Source: Breznakia pachnodae (lineage in GTDB: Bacteria; Bacillota_I; Bacilli_A; Erysipelotrichales; Erysipelotrichaceae). Taken from it: DNA of 64,000 nt. Of the stretch, positions 17,951 to 28,679 are shown in pieces. The stretch spans positions 100,941 through 164,940 of the forward strand of contig NZ_JAUSUR010000007.1 of assembly GCF_030814225.1 (NCBI RefSeq), written 5' to 3'. The translations under genes were made by a program, and so were the position numbers. The notes below the pieces were generated by a model, which did no database searches, was not told the DNA's origin, and saw only the letters and a program-made list of their open reading frames with translations. Each line of letters begins with the position of its first letter. The stretch's first letter is position 1.

Positions 17951-18723
17951 TTTATAATCCTTTCATCCATATTTTTCTGTTTCACTTGTTTTTTCTCTTC
18001 TTTACTAAGAGCTTTAAACTCATCTACATATACTTCATATGCATCAGCTACTTCATTAATTTCACCTTGCATTTGTAGTACTCCGTTTTCAATCCAGATT
18101 CCTTCTTCACAAAAATCTCTTACCTGTCCAATGGAATGGGAGATAAAGATAATGGTTTTACCAGAGTCTCTTAACTCTTCCATCTTTTCCATACATTTTG
18201 CAGCAAATGCCTTATCACCTACCGATAAAGCTTCATCCACAATAATAATATCCGGGTCAAGCGCGATTGATATCGAGAAACCTAGTCTTGATTTCATTCC
18301 ACTTGAATACTTTTTAACTGGTTGATACAGAAAGTCTCCCAACTCAGCAAAGCCTACTACATCTTCAATAATTGTATTGATTGTTTTTTTACTTAATCCT
18401 AACAGTGCACCCTTCATCTTAATATTTTCAATTCCAGTTAACTGTTCATTTAATCCGGCTTTGATTGCAATTAATGCCTGCTCACCAACAATTGTAACCT
18501 CACCACTGGTCTGCATTGATATACCCGCTAGGATATTGGACATGGTACTTTTACCACTACCATTACTTCCTAAAATCCCTACAATGCTACCTTTCGCGAT
18601 TTCAAAACTTACGTCTTTCAATCCATAAAATCTTCTTTTCTTCGCAAATAACTTCTTCTCTTTATTTTCTAAAGTGAACACCTTGTCAACATGTTCAAAC
18701 TTTATTACACTTTGATTTCCCAT
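17947..18723 (-). CDS. tagH: Teichoic acid export ABC transporter ATP-binding protein
   Basis: Walker A GSNGSGKST. LSGGQ-like YSSGMKSRL. Walker B IIIVDEALSVGD. Adjacent to tagG. Confidence 0.85.
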   Translation of the reverse strand: MGNQSVIKFEHVDKVFTLENKEKKLFAKKRRFYGLKDVSFEIAKGSIVGILGSNGSGKSTMSNILAGISMQTSGEVTIVGEQALIAIKAGLNEQLTGIENIKMKGALLGLSKKTINTIIEDVVGFAELGDFLYQPVKKYSSGMKSRLGFSISIALDPDIIIVDEALSVGDKAFAAKCMEKMEELRDSGKTIIFISHSIGQVRDFCEEGIWIENGVLQMQGEINEVADAYEVYVDEFKALSKEEKKQVKQKNMDERIIK

Positions 18724-18732
18724 AACTATCTC

Positions 18733-19563
18733 CTACAGCATGTCAATGAATTTATGTTTAAAGCGGTACATCAGAATACTACCAACAGTAAACAAGAAAA
18801 TCACGACTCCCCAGAAAAATGCAGTTTGTGCAGGGTGGTTTAAGAAACTGTCATGGAAGAAAATACTACCTCTATATCCCTCAACTATATAGTAAAGAGG
18901 GTTTAATTTCATTAATGTTTTATATGGTGCAAAGTCTGCGCCTAAGTTCTTAAACTCCCATAAGATTGGAGTTAAATACATCAACATACGCATACATGCA
19001 CTAATCAGTTTTTTTACATCACGTGAAAACATATTTAATACACTTGTAATCATTCCCAGTGAAATCGTAAAACAGACTGCACAGAACATGTAGTAGATAA
19101 TCTGAAACCACATAAGATCTGGTTTGTGTCCACGTAACACCAAAATAACAAGAACTAATGCAACCATAAAGATATGACTGAACAGTTCTTTCATTACAAC
19201 TGTTGCAGGCAAAATACTTACTGGAAATTTCATCTTTGAAATAATCTTACGTTTTGAAAAGATACTGTTACATCCTTTTACAATACAAGGATTAATGAAA
19301 AACCAAACACTGATTCCTACTACCATCCATGGTAAGTAAGAAATCCCATAGCCATTCGGTGACATTCCTACAGCACGGTTTCTATTCAATATAATTCCAA
19401 AAACAAACCAATAGGTTGTAATCTGAATAAGTGGATTTAACACATTCCAGACGATTCCCAACTTTGAATCACGCATATCTGCGATTAATTCATATTTCGC
19501 TATTGATAATGTTCGATGGAAATTTACGATATTTTCTTTTAAAACAAAAAAAACACTTTTCAT
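18733..19563 (-). CDS. tagG: Teichoic acid export ABC-2 permease
   Basis: 276 aa with 6 TM segments, ABC-2 type, immediately upstream of tagH. Confidence 0.8.
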   Translation of the reverse strand: MKSVFFVLKENIVNFHRTLSIAKYELIADMRDSKLGIVWNVLNPLIQITTYWFVFGIILNRNRAVGMSPNGYGISYLPWMVVGISVWFFINPCIVKGCNSIFSKRKIISKMKFPVSILPATVVMKELFSHIFMVALVLVILVLRGHKPDLMWFQIIYYMFCAVCFTISLGMITSVLNMFSRDVKKLISACMRMLMYLTPILWEFKNLGADFAPYKTLMKLNPLYYIVEGYRGSIFFHDSFLNHPAQTAFFWGVVIFLFTVGSILMYRFKHKFIDML

Positions 19564-19706
19564 ATGTTCACCATCCCAATGCCTTATCTAACATATTCTA
19601 TAACATTTATGCTATATTTACAATCTTTATCACAATATAATCCCCCTTTTATAAAGGAGTTTATATTGCAAATATAATACATCTTTATTGCCCTTTTATC
19701 AAGAAA

Positions 19707-19740
19707 AAGTGAAAGCGTTTATGTCGCCTTCACCTTTATC
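19707..19740 (-). terminator. Terminator overlapping the 3' end of potCD
   Basis: On the minus strand: gtgaaggcg-acataaa-cgctttcac followed by tttttcttga. Confidence 0.5.
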
Positions 19741-21584
19741 CATAATTCTGCCAATATTTTCTTTATTTCTTCGTTATATCGGAACACTTCATCTAATGGG
19801 TAATCACTTCTTGGAATATAAGCATTGTTGCCTTTGAACTCATTTTCCTTTAGTCGTTCAATTACTGATTCAACACTTGAAGTATACCCTACATAAAGTG
19901 AATTATTGTAAGCTACTTCTTCTTCCAGATTGTAATTAATGAATTCCTCTGCAAGCAGTGGACATGCACTGTTCTTTGGAATTACCATCGCATCTGACCA
20001 GATGTTTGTACCTGACTCTGGTTCATAGTATACCATTGATGGATTTTCATCATGGATATACGTTGCATCACCACTGTACACAACTGCAATATCTTTTTCA
20101 CCATTGATCATTCCATCAATAACTTCATCAGTTACAAACACTGGAGCATTTTCACTCTTCAGTTCACGTAGCCACTGATATGCTTCATCAATCTCATTTT
20201 GATCAGTTGTATTCATTGAATATCCAAGCGCTTTTAAAGCCATCATAAACGAATCACGTTCACTGTCATATACATAGATTCGACCTTTGTATTTTGGATT
20301 CTTCAATACATTGAAGCCTTCATTTTCGACATCTTCTTTACTCACTGTTTCACTGTTATATACGATTCCTACACTTCCCCAGAAGTATGGAATACTATAC
20401 GTATTCTCTGGATCATATGGAAGTTCAAGTACACTAGCAGATAATTTATCATAATTGGTAATCTTATCTAAATCAATTTCACGAAGTAAATCTTCCTGAA
20501 TCAGACGTTCAATCATATAATCAGAAGGAACTAACACATCATAGCTTTCTCCTCCCAATAGTTTAGTGTACATTTCTTCATTGGATGCAAATACCGAATA
20601 GTTTACACTTACATTGTATTTCTCTTCAAAATCAGAAATCGTATCTTCTCCTACATATTCACCCCAGTTAAATACATTTAATGTATTACAGCCATATTCT
20701 GCCATTGGGTCAATATCACTTGAACTCTTCGAACGTAAAGAACTCAAACCAAACAATCCAATTGCCAATACAAGTCCACCTACAATAAACACTTTGCGAT
20801 AGGAAGTATGTGGGTGTTTTTTCTTACGCATTGAAATAATATTCATTACAATTAATGCAACTGTGATTGTTGCAATGATAATTGTTGATAGCGCATTGAT
20901 GGTAGGGTTTACCCGCTTTGACATCGTATACACCATAATTGAGATATTATTGACTCCATTCCCAGTTACAAAGTACGAAATTACAAAGTCATCAAATGAC
21001 ATCGTAAAGGCAATTAACGCACCAGCCACAATTCCTGGCATTAATTGAGGAATAATAACTTTACGTAACGCATAGAACGGACTTGCACCTAGGTCTAATG
21101 CAGCATCTGCCAAGTTTGGATCCAATCTTCGAATCCTTGGCATTACACTCAGCATGACGTAAGGTATACAGAAGGCAATATGTGCCAACAGCAATGTCAT
21201 AAATCCTTTTTCAATATGTAATGATGTATAAAATAACATCAGTCCAATTGCAGTTACAATATCCGGATTCATAATTGGCAGGTTATTTACCTGCAATACA
21301 AATTCTTTTAATAGTTTACGTGACTTGGATAAACCAATACTCGCTAAAGTACCAACGATTGTTGATACTACAGTCGCAATGATGGCAATTACTAAAGTAT
21401 AGTAAATTGCTTCAATCATTGTTTTATTCGCAAACATCTGCTCATACCATTTTAATGAGAACCCACCAAACTTCGAAAGTGATTTCGAACTATTGAATGA
21501 GAATACAATCATATAAATGATTGGCAGATAGAAGAACAGCATTAGTAATCCTAAGAATACTTTTGATCCTAACTTCTTTCTCAT
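19719..21584 (-). CDS. potCD: Spermidine/putrescine ABC transporter PotC permease fused to PotD-like substrate-binding domain
   Basis: The N-terminal ~260 aa is a 6-TM PotC-type permease with an EAA-like loop. An extra TM (VFIVGGLVLAIGLFGLSSL) follows, then a ~330-aa PotD-family periplasmic binding-protein domain (NVFNWGEYVGED...). Confidence 0.75.
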   Translation of the reverse strand: MRKKLGSKVFLGLLMLFFYLPIIYMIVFSFNSSKSLSKFGGFSLKWYEQMFANKTMIEAIYYTLVIAIIATVVSTIVGTLASIGLSKSRKLLKEFVLQVNNLPIMNPDIVTAIGLMLFYTSLHIEKGFMTLLLAHIAFCIPYVMLSVMPRIRRLDPNLADAALDLGASPFYALRKVIIPQLMPGIVAGALIAFTMSFDDFVISYFVTGNGVNNISIMVYTMSKRVNPTINALSTIIIATITVALIVMNIISMRKKKHPHTSYRKVFIVGGLVLAIGLFGLSSLRSKSSSDIDPMAEYGCNTLNVFNWGEYVGEDTISDFEEKYNVSVNYSVFASNEEMYTKLLGGESYDVLVPSDYMIERLIQEDLLREIDLDKITNYDKLSASVLELPYDPENTYSIPYFWGSVGIVYNSETVSKEDVENEGFNVLKNPKYKGRIYVYDSERDSFMMALKALGYSMNTTDQNEIDEAYQWLRELKSENAPVFVTDEVIDGMINGEKDIAVVYSGDATYIHDENPSMVYYEPESGTNIWSDAMVIPKNSACPLLAEEFINYNLEEEVAYNNSLYVGYTSSVESVIERLKENEFKGNNAYIPRSDYPLDEVFRYNEEIKKILAELWIKVKAT

Positions 21585-22408
21585 AGCGAATCACCGCCAT
21601 CCTTGTCGAGTCTATTTGTCAGGAACATTGAAATCATAATGATAATTGCCATAATCAAACTGATGGCACTACCAAAGTTCCAATCTCCTGTCGTAATAAA
21701 GTAGTTTTCAATTAAGTTACCAATTAACAGCGTTCCTCCACCCAATAACTTCTGAATAAAGAAACTACTAACTGCTGGTAAAAATACAAGAGTAATACCT
21801 GAAATAACACCAGGTAATGATAATGGTAAGGTAATACGTCTGAATGTTTCAAAGCGATTTGCTCCTAAGTCATTACTCGCTTCAATCAGACTCTTATCCA
21901 TTTTCGCTAACGATGCATGAATCTGCAAAATCATAAATGGGACAAAGTTATATACCATCCCCAAAATTACTGCAAACTCCGTATGAATCATATGCACTTT
22001 TCCTAATCCAAAGAATCCAAGTAAATGATTAATCACTCCATTGTCACTTAAGATACCAACCCATGCATAGGTGCGCACCAACATGTTGATCCACATTGGT
22101 AATGTAATTAATAATATAAAGAATGCATTATGTTTCACATTCATTTTACTAATTAGATATGCTGCTGGATATCCAATCAAAATACAGATAATCGTTGTTA
22201 CTAATGCAATTCGAAATGAATCAAATAGAACTCCTAAAAATACTGTATCCTGAAAGAAACGAATAAAGTTATCAAATGTGAAGTGAAAAGTAAGTACATC
22301 ATTTCCCTGTTCACTGATTGCATATAATACAATCAACACCATAGGTATAATCAGAAAGATACTGATCCATACCACATATGGTTGAACTAACCTCTTATAA
22401 CTCTTCAT
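21581..22408 (-). CDS. potB: Spermidine/putrescine ABC transporter permease PotB
   Basis: 275-aa 6-TM permease with an EAA motif region (SLAKMDKSLIEASNDLGA). Confidence 0.8.
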   Translation of the reverse strand: MKSYKRLVQPYVVWISIFLIIPMVLIVLYAISEQGNDVLTFHFTFDNFIRFFQDTVFLGVLFDSFRIALVTTIICILIGYPAAYLISKMNVKHNAFFILLITLPMWINMLVRTYAWVGILSDNGVINHLLGFFGLGKVHMIHTEFAVILGMVYNFVPFMILQIHASLAKMDKSLIEASNDLGANRFETFRRITLPLSLPGVISGITLVFLPAVSSFFIQKLLGGGTLLIGNLIENYFITTGDWNFGSAISLIMAIIIMISMFLTNRLDKDGGDSL

Positions 22409-22409
22409 C

Positions 22410-23987
22410 CTAGAACCCCATTTTTTCCATTACATGGATGTCTTCTGGAGCAAAATCAAGACCTACATTTGTATCTACCTCTGCACTTCTTGTTGTATGA
22501 ATTTTAAACTCTCTACCAATTGTAGAGAACGATACTTTATATTTACCTGGTACTAAGTCTTCAATTTCAAAATCGTAATCAATATTAGGAATTTCTACAC
22601 TTTCATCTGTATCTAAATCCCAACTTACTGCATCTGCCCAAGTTTTTAAATCGGTTTCAAGTGCCTGACTCTCTTCAATTTCATCCATTGTCTTAAAGAA
22701 ATCAAAAGCAGCAATCCCAATTCGTTTCTTTTCATCCATAACATATTTTTGTTTAACCACAAATATTTCTACGGTTATACTTGTACCTTTACTTGTAGAG
22801 AAAGTCACTGGATATGTACCAGCTTCTTTTTGAATATCATATTCAATCTTTGATAGTGACAAGTAATCTTCATCCGCTTCATCCCATGCCTGTGCATCCG
22901 CACGTGCAATGATATCATCATCTGTTAATTCATCAATATCCTGAATATCTACATAGAAACTGTTTGCTGAAATATATTCTCCAGCATCTGCATTAAACAC
23001 TGGTTTCTTGTCATACACCGTCATTGTAACTTCTACATGATTCCCTCTTGCAGTCTCAACAATAATCTCATTGTGCACACCTTTGAACAGCATTGATTTT
23101 ACTTTACCATTCACTTTTCCTTGTCCGCGTTTCACAATATTAATATCTTCTGGACGAATTACTATATCAACTTCCTGGTTACGTTTAAACCCAAAATCAA
23201 TACATTCATAGTCATCATCATCAAATGATACCAAGTAATCATCTTTCATAATTCCATCAATGATATTACTTTCACCAATAAAGTTAGCAACATACTCATT
23301 CTCTGGTTCATTATAAATATCAGTAGGACTTCCCACTTGCTGAATCTCCCCATCACGCATAACCACAATCTTATCTGACATTGTCAGTGCTTCTTCCTGA
23401 TCATGTGTAACATAAATAAAGGTAATTCCAACTTCCTGCTGGATTTTCTTTAACTCTAACTGCATCTCTTTACGAAGCTTTAAATCAAGTGCTCCCAAAG
23501 GCTCATCCAAAAGCAACACTTTTGGTTCATTTACAAGCGCTCTGGCAATCGCAATCCGTTGTTGTTGACCACCAGACAACTGATCCACTTTACGGTCCTC
23601 ATAACCTTCTAAATTAACCAGCTTCAACATTCTGGTAACTTTCTGACGAATAACATCATCACTCATCTTCTTAATTTTCAGACCAAAAGCTACATTGTCA
23701 TATATGTTCATATGTGGAAACAATGCATACTTTTGAAATACTGTATTTAACTCTCTTTTATATGGAGGTAAGTTTGAAATCTCTTCATTATCAAAAATCA
23801 CATTACCTTCATCCGGGTCAAGAAACCCTCCTAAGATACGTAACAATGTTGTTTTCCCACATCCACTAGGACCCAACAATGTCACAAACTCATTTTCATA
23901 TATATCTAAATTGATTCCCTTTAATACTAATGTATCATCAAAACTTTTTACTATATTCTTAAATTGAATTAACTTTTTCATTTCCAA
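22410..23987 (-). CDS. potA: Spermidine/putrescine ABC ATPase PotA with ~150-aa internally duplicated insertion
   Basis: N-terminal ABC domain ([28 protein letters not shown]). C-terminal TOBE-like end ...[10 protein letters not shown]. Two similar ~60-aa segments ([41 protein letters not shown]... and [47 protein letters not shown]...) are inserted between them. Confidence 0.8.
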   Translation of the reverse strand: MEMKKLIQFKNIVKSFDDTLVLKGINLDIYENEFVTLLGPSGCGKTTLLRILGGFLDPDEGNVIFDNEEISNLPPYKRELNTVFQKYALFPHMNIYDNVAFGLKIKKMSDDVIRQKVTRMLKLVNLEGYEDRKVDQLSGGQQQRIAIARALVNEPKVLLLDEPLGALDLKLRKEMQLELKKIQQEVGITFIYVTHDQEEALTMSDKIVVMRDGEIQQVGSPTDIYNEPENEYVANFIGESNIIDGIMKDDYLVSFDDDDYECIDFGFKRNQEVDIVIRPEDINIVKRGQGKVNGKVKSMLFKGVHNEIIVETARGNHVEVTMTVYDKKPVFNADAGEYISANSFYVDIQDIDELTDDDIIARADAQAWDEADEDYLSLSKIEYDIQKEAGTYPVTFSTSKGTSITVEIFVVKQKYVMDEKKRIGIAAFDFFKTMDEIEESQALETDLKTWADAVSWDLDTDESVEIPNIDYDFEIEDLVPGKYKVSFSTIGREFKIHTTRSAEVDTNVGLDFAPEDIHVMEKMGF

Positions 23988-23996
23988 ATTCCTTTC

Positions 23997-24530
23997 TTAA
24001 AAATTTGGTGGTGAAATAATCCATAAAATTTCTGCTTTATGATCCCCTGTATTTTTCAAGTAATGGGTATGTCTCCCATTTAAATAAAACGTCTCTCCCT
24101 TATGCATAATATCTTTTCGACCACCGTTTGTAAGTTCCACTACACCTTCTAAAACATAACCAAACTCCTCACCATCATGGGGCTCAACAACTTGAGACTC
24201 GCTATTGGGGGCTAAGGTTAATAAAATTGGTTCCATATCATTCTTTTGTGCATTCGGCACAATGAACTTCGTGGTGGCTCCATCTTTTTCATTAATATAA
24301 TAATCTTCCTCTCGAAAGATAAATTTATTATTCTTGTCTTCTTTAAAGAAATCACTCAGATTCGTTCCAAGCACTTCTAATATATCGTCTAACGTTGCAA
24401 TCGATGGAGAGGTAAGATTACGTTCGAGCTGACTTAAAAAACCCTTTGTAAGCTCACTGCGAATCGCCAGTTCTTCAAGAGTTAAATTATTCTTCATTCG
24501 TAATTCCTTTATTTTAAGTCCAATATTCAT
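23997..24530 (-). CDS. XRE-family HTH regulator with C-terminal cupin domain (PuuR-like)
   Basis: HTH LKIKELRMKNNLTLEELAIRSELTKGFLSQLERN, then a cupin-type C-terminal domain. Immediately upstream of potA. Confidence 0.75.
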   Translation of the reverse strand: MNIGLKIKELRMKNNLTLEELAIRSELTKGFLSQLERNLTSPSIATLDDILEVLGTNLSDFFKEDKNNKFIFREEDYYINEKDGATTKFIVPNAQKNDMEPILLTLAPNSESQVVEPHDGEEFGYVLEGVVELTNGGRKDIMHKGETFYLNGRHTHYLKNTGDHKAEILWIISPPNF

Positions 24531-24791
24531 TTGCTCTCCCCCTGTTTAGTAATACTAAACTTTCTTTGATTGTTTATTAAACCATACATAATTATATATT
24601 TTTTATCTGAAAATGCAATAGGTTAGAATGGATTTTTTTCACTAATTCATTTTACTAATGTAAAGGTATTAGAAAACAATACTTCAAAGTATAAAAAATA
24701 CAGTTATTATCAATATAATCTCAAAGTATCGTTTGGTATAAAAATTTGCTATACTTAGATTAGTCCCAATACAAAATATGGAGGATATCGT

Positions 24792-25238
24792 ATGATTCAA
24801 TTAAAAGAAATAAACAAAGATAATGTAGTAAAGGCATGCTTCTTAACTACAAACAAAGATGGCAAAGCAACTGCTAACGAAGAGTTTGTAGCTGGTAACG
24901 CTTTATCGATTGCTCAATCAAAATATGAACCTAACACATTAGTAAAAGCAATTTATGATGATGAAACAATGGTTGGATTTGCAATGTATGGAATTGACGA
25001 ACACGATGAGTGTTGGATTATCAGATTTATGATTGATCATAAATTTCAAGGCAAAGGTTATGGAAAGAATGCATTTCAACTAATTGTTGACGACATGATT
25101 AATCTTTATCACCCTAAAGAAATCAAAATCAGTATTGAACCAGAAAACGCACTTGCGAAGAAATTATATGAGAAGGCAGGATTTGTAGATACCAAAATTA
25201 TCGAAGATGATGAATTAGTATTACTTTACACATTATAA
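24792..25238 (+). CDS. GNAT family N-acetyltransferase
   Basis: 148 aa with motif FQGKGYGKNAFQLIV. Divergent from the XRE-pot operon. Confidence 0.65.
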   Translation: MIQLKEINKDNVVKACFLTTNKDGKATANEEFVAGNALSIAQSKYEPNTLVKAIYDDETMVGFAMYGIDEHDECWIIRFMIDHKFQGKGYGKNAFQLIVDDMINLYHPKEIKISIEPENALAKKLYEKAGFVDTKIIEDDELVLLYTL

Positions 25239-25241
25239 GAA

Positions 25242-25285
25242 AAACAACAGTACTCAGAGTTAGTCTGAATACTGTTGTTTTTTTA
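25242..25285. terminator. Bidirectional terminator hairpin
   Basis: aacaacagtactcagagttagtctgaatactgttgttttttt, a long perfect stem between the convergent genes. Confidence 0.65.
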
Positions 25286-25287
25286 TG

Positions 25288-26601
25288 TTAAGCTTCGGCT
25301 TCAATCGCCTCTGCTTCTGACTCAGTTTCTAGTTTTACCAAGTTCTTCTCATATGTCTTGAAGAATGGATAGTAGATTACCATGTCAATTATAATTAATG
25401 CGATAACCAAGAACAATGCTTTGATATCCATTGTTGATAGGAAAGCTCCAAATACAGAAGGCATATTCCAAGATAACATCGCAAATGTTTTTTCTATTAC
25501 TCCAGTATCTAACAGTATAAATGATATAATCGCATTTACTGTAGATGTTAATAGGAATGGTATAAAGAATAATGGGTTAAGCATTAGTGGAACTCCAAAG
25601 ATAATTGGTTCAGAGATTCCAAAGAAACTTGGGATAAGTCCAACACCACCAACTGTTTTCAGTTGTTTTGATTTTGAACGAATCAATAATAATGCTAGTG
25701 CTAATACTGATCCACATCCACCAATAATTACAAAGTATACCCAGAATGGTGTTGTGAATACTGCTGGTAATGATTCTCCAGCCATATGTGCTGCTGCATT
25801 GATTGATAGGTTTCCATCACGAATTGGCCCAAGAATTCCCGCAAGTGCTGCATCATGAATTCCAAAGAACCAGAATAAGTGTACTGCTAAAGTAATTAGA
25901 ATTGTGAATGGTAAACTATCGGCTGCACTTAATGTTGGCGCAAGATATGTATAAATAAATTGTGGTAATGTCGTTCCTTGTGAATTGAAGATTGCACATA
26001 CAATAACCATAACAAACATAATTACTACACTAGGTACAAGTGAAGCAAATGTCTCTGAAAGTGATGCTGGAACACTGTCAGGCAATTTGATTCTTCCCCA
26101 GTTACGCTGACGCATAAAGTGATAAGCTTCTACTACAAATACTCCAACCATAATTGCTGGCAGTAATCCTTTTCCATCTAAATAACTAATTTCTACTTGT
26201 TTTCCAGCCCATCCTAATTCTAAAGGTGTTACCATTAGTAACATAAACCCAAATACAGCTAATAGAATTGGTTGAAATGGTACGATTTTATAATGTTTAC
26301 ATAAGAAGTAAACAATACCAATACAGATATATAATGACATTGCTCCTAATGTAAGAGCATTGATCCATCCAAATAACATTGAGTTGTTATCGGCAAATGC
26401 ACGCCATGCTAATAAAAATCCGTTGGTTGTATCTTCTGTCACAGGAGCTGCAGTTAACACAGCTACAATCCCTCCTGCTAAAGTAATTGGTAATATTGAT
26501 ATAAAAGCATCACGAATTGCTTTTAAATGTCTTTGTGTACTTAAACGATTTGCGATTGGTAAAATACTTTTCTCAATCATTGCATTTAACTTGTTAAACA
26601 T
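25288..26601 (-). CDS. PTS lactose/cellobiose family EIIC
   Basis: 437 aa. Start ...SILPIANRLSTQRHLKAIRDAF is typical of CelB/LicC EIIC. Confidence 0.85.
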   Translation of the reverse strand: MFNKLNAMIEKSILPIANRLSTQRHLKAIRDAFISILPITLAGGIVAVLTAAPVTEDTTNGFLLAWRAFADNNSMLFGWINALTLGAMSLYICIGIVYFLCKHYKIVPFQPILLAVFGFMLLMVTPLELGWAGKQVEISYLDGKGLLPAIMVGVFVVEAYHFMRQRNWGRIKLPDSVPASLSETFASLVPSVVIMFVMVIVCAIFNSQGTTLPQFIYTYLAPTLSAADSLPFTILITLAVHLFWFFGIHDAALAGILGPIRDGNLSINAAAHMAGESLPAVFTTPFWVYFVIIGGCGSVLALALLLIRSKSKQLKTVGGVGLIPSFFGISEPIIFGVPLMLNPLFFIPFLLTSTVNAIISFILLDTGVIEKTFAMLSWNMPSVFGAFLSTMDIKALFLVIALIIIDMVIYYPFFKTYEKNLVKLETESEAEAIEAEA

Positions 26602-26603
26602 TT

Positions 26604-26894
26604 TTATCCTCCTAAGACTTTCTTAACATCTTCTAACACACCTTTTCCATCCAGTATTCCATATTTCATTGGATTGATTCCTTCTACTGGAATAGAAACT
26701 TCTTTTTGAATATTTGGAATCAGATAACGTATTTGTGGTCCAACCAAAATAAGATCCACACCTTCCAAATTATCAAGATATTCTGCTTCTCCGAATGCTA
26801 CTACATCATATTCCCCATTGCTTGCATCTCTCATTTTCTTCGCAAGCATATTTGTCGACATACCAGCATTACACACTAACATAATCTTTTTCAT
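26604..26894 (-). CDS. PTS lactose/cellobiose family EIIB
   Basis: 96 aa. MKKIMLVCNAGMSTNML with the active Cys in CNAGMST. Confidence 0.85.
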   Translation of the reverse strand: MKKIMLVCNAGMSTNMLAKKMRDASNGEYDVVAFGEAEYLDNLEGVDLILVGPQIRYLIPNIQKEVSIPVEGINPMKYGILDGKGVLEDVKKVLGG

Positions 26895-28300
26895 AGCTCT
26901 CTCCTCTTGATGATTTCTCCTTTGCTTGTAATTACATCTTTAAACCAATAATAAGATGCTTTTGGTTTCCTTACTAATCCATTCTTAAAATCTACTGCTA
27001 CTAATCCATATCTTTTTTCATGTCCATTTTTCCATGAATATAAATCAAATGATGACCATGCATAATAACCTCTGATATCTGCTCCCATATCTCTTGCATT
27101 CATAAGTGCATTGATATGGTCATTCATAAATGAAATTCGATAATCGTCATTCACTTGATCTACACTGACATCCTCACGAACTCCAACTCCATTTTCTGTT
27201 ACATAGATTGGAACATTATATTTTTTATATGCTTTTAATAAACCATCCTGTAATCCTTTTGGATAAATTTCGGTATCCCACTGTGTAAATTCACTGTTAG
27301 GATCTTTGACTTGTTCAAACCAGTTTTTGATTAAGATTTTACTTTCGCCTTTTTTACCAGTATGGTTGAATATCAACTGTGTTTCACCAGTTGTATATGG
27401 TTTTACTAGCGCTCTTGCATAGTAGTTTAATCCAATATAATCAACTGTAAACTTTTTAATAATTCTTAATTCTTCTGCTTTTATAAAACTAATATCATAA
27501 TCTTTTGATAAGCGAGTAATTAAATCAATTGGAAACTCTCCTAATACTGCTGTATCCAACACCCAGTTATTACTGTAGTTATCTGCATTACGCATTGCAA
27601 TTTGCGTTTCAATTGTATCATCTACTCCATCAATTGGTGTATAACTGTGAACAACTCCAATTTCACCTTTGTATCCACCCTCTCTAAATACTTTTACTCC
27701 CAAAGCTGATGCATACATTACATTGTAAGCTGCAATCATTGTCTTCTGTACATCATGAAGACATGGAGGATAGTTACCAATAAAGTAACCATTTACAACA
27801 AACCATTTTGGTTCATTGAATGTTGTCCAATACGTTACTTGATCACCAAAGTTATCAAAACAGACTTTAGCGAAATGAGCAAATGCATCACATACACCAT
27901 GGTCTAACCAACCACCTGTGTCTTCCCAGTATTGAGGTAAGTCCCAGTGGTATAGTGTTACAAATGGTTCAATTCCATATTCATGACAAGTAGCCAATAA
28001 CTTCTTGTAGAATGCGATTCCTTTTTCGTTTACATCACCTTCACGGTTTCTAATGATACGTGGCCATGACAGAGAGAAACGGTAAGAATTTTGTCCCCCT
28101 TCTTTCATCATTCTGATATCTTCTTCAAAACGATGATAATGATCACTTGCTACATCACCATTTTCTAAGTTTTCATCATGTAGATATCGATCCCACATTG
28201 ATTCTACTTTTCCATCTTCATCCCATGCACCTTCACATTGGTAAGACGCTGTAGCTCCTCCCCATAAGAATTTATCCATTGTTATCACCAAACCTTTCAT
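26891..28300 (-). CDS. 6-phospho-beta-glucosidase (glycoside hydrolase family 1)
   Basis: FLWGGATASYQCEG, TFNEP (acid/base) and YVTENG (nucleophile) motifs. Confidence 0.9.
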   Translation of the reverse strand: MKGLVITMDKFLWGGATASYQCEGAWDEDGKVESMWDRYLHDENLENGDVASDHYHRFEEDIRMMKEGGQNSYRFSLSWPRIIRNREGDVNEKGIAFYKKLLATCHEYGIEPFVTLYHWDLPQYWEDTGGWLDHGVCDAFAHFAKVCFDNFGDQVTYWTTFNEPKWFVVNGYFIGNYPPCLHDVQKTMIAAYNVMYASALGVKVFREGGYKGEIGVVHSYTPIDGVDDTIETQIAMRNADNYSNNWVLDTAVLGEFPIDLITRLSKDYDISFIKAEELRIIKKFTVDYIGLNYYARALVKPYTTGETQLIFNHTGKKGESKILIKNWFEQVKDPNSEFTQWDTEIYPKGLQDGLLKAYKKYNVPIYVTENGVGVREDVSVDQVNDDYRISFMNDHINALMNARDMGADIRGYYAWSSFDLYSWKNGHEKRYGLVAVDFKNGLVRKPKASYYWFKDVITSKGEIIKRREL

Positions 28301-28589
28301 ACATTTCTATCATTTCACCAATCAGGTCTACTGCTATCTGTGAACTAGATACATGATCTTCAGCATGCATCAGTAATAAATCTACAATTACTTCTTCTTC
28401 TGTAAACTTCTGCAGCAGTTTCGCATGTTCCTTCTGTGCAATCACAATCTCTGTTCTTGCTTCTTTAATTCCTGCTTTTCCTTTTTCAATATCTCCACCT
28501 TTTACATCACGCAAAGCTTCATATGCTGATGACCTTGCATTGCCACTGTGTAAGATAATTTGGAAAGACTCTAACTCAAACTTCGACAT
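28272..28589 (-). CDS. PTS lactose/cellobiose family EIIA
   Basis: 105-aa helical EIIA-Lac type (SFQIILHSGNARS...HAEDH). Confidence 0.8.
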   Translation of the reverse strand: MSKFELESFQIILHSGNARSSAYEALRDVKGGDIEKGKAGIKEARTEIVIAQKEHAKLLQKFTEEEVIVDLLLMHAEDHVSSSQIAVDLIGEMIEMYERFGDNNG

Positions 28590-28637
28590 TTACATCCTCC
28601 TTGCTAATTTCATTATATAAATCAACCTAATAAAAGA

Positions 28638-28678
28638 AAAATATCTTTTTGCCGTTACTCTAAGGTAAAAAGATATTT
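28638..28678 (-). terminator. Terminator-like hairpin after the licR-like gene
   Basis: aaaatatcttttt with a 15-nt loop then aaaaagatattt, followed by T-rich sequence on the minus strand. Confidence 0.35.
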
Positions 28679-28679
28679 A

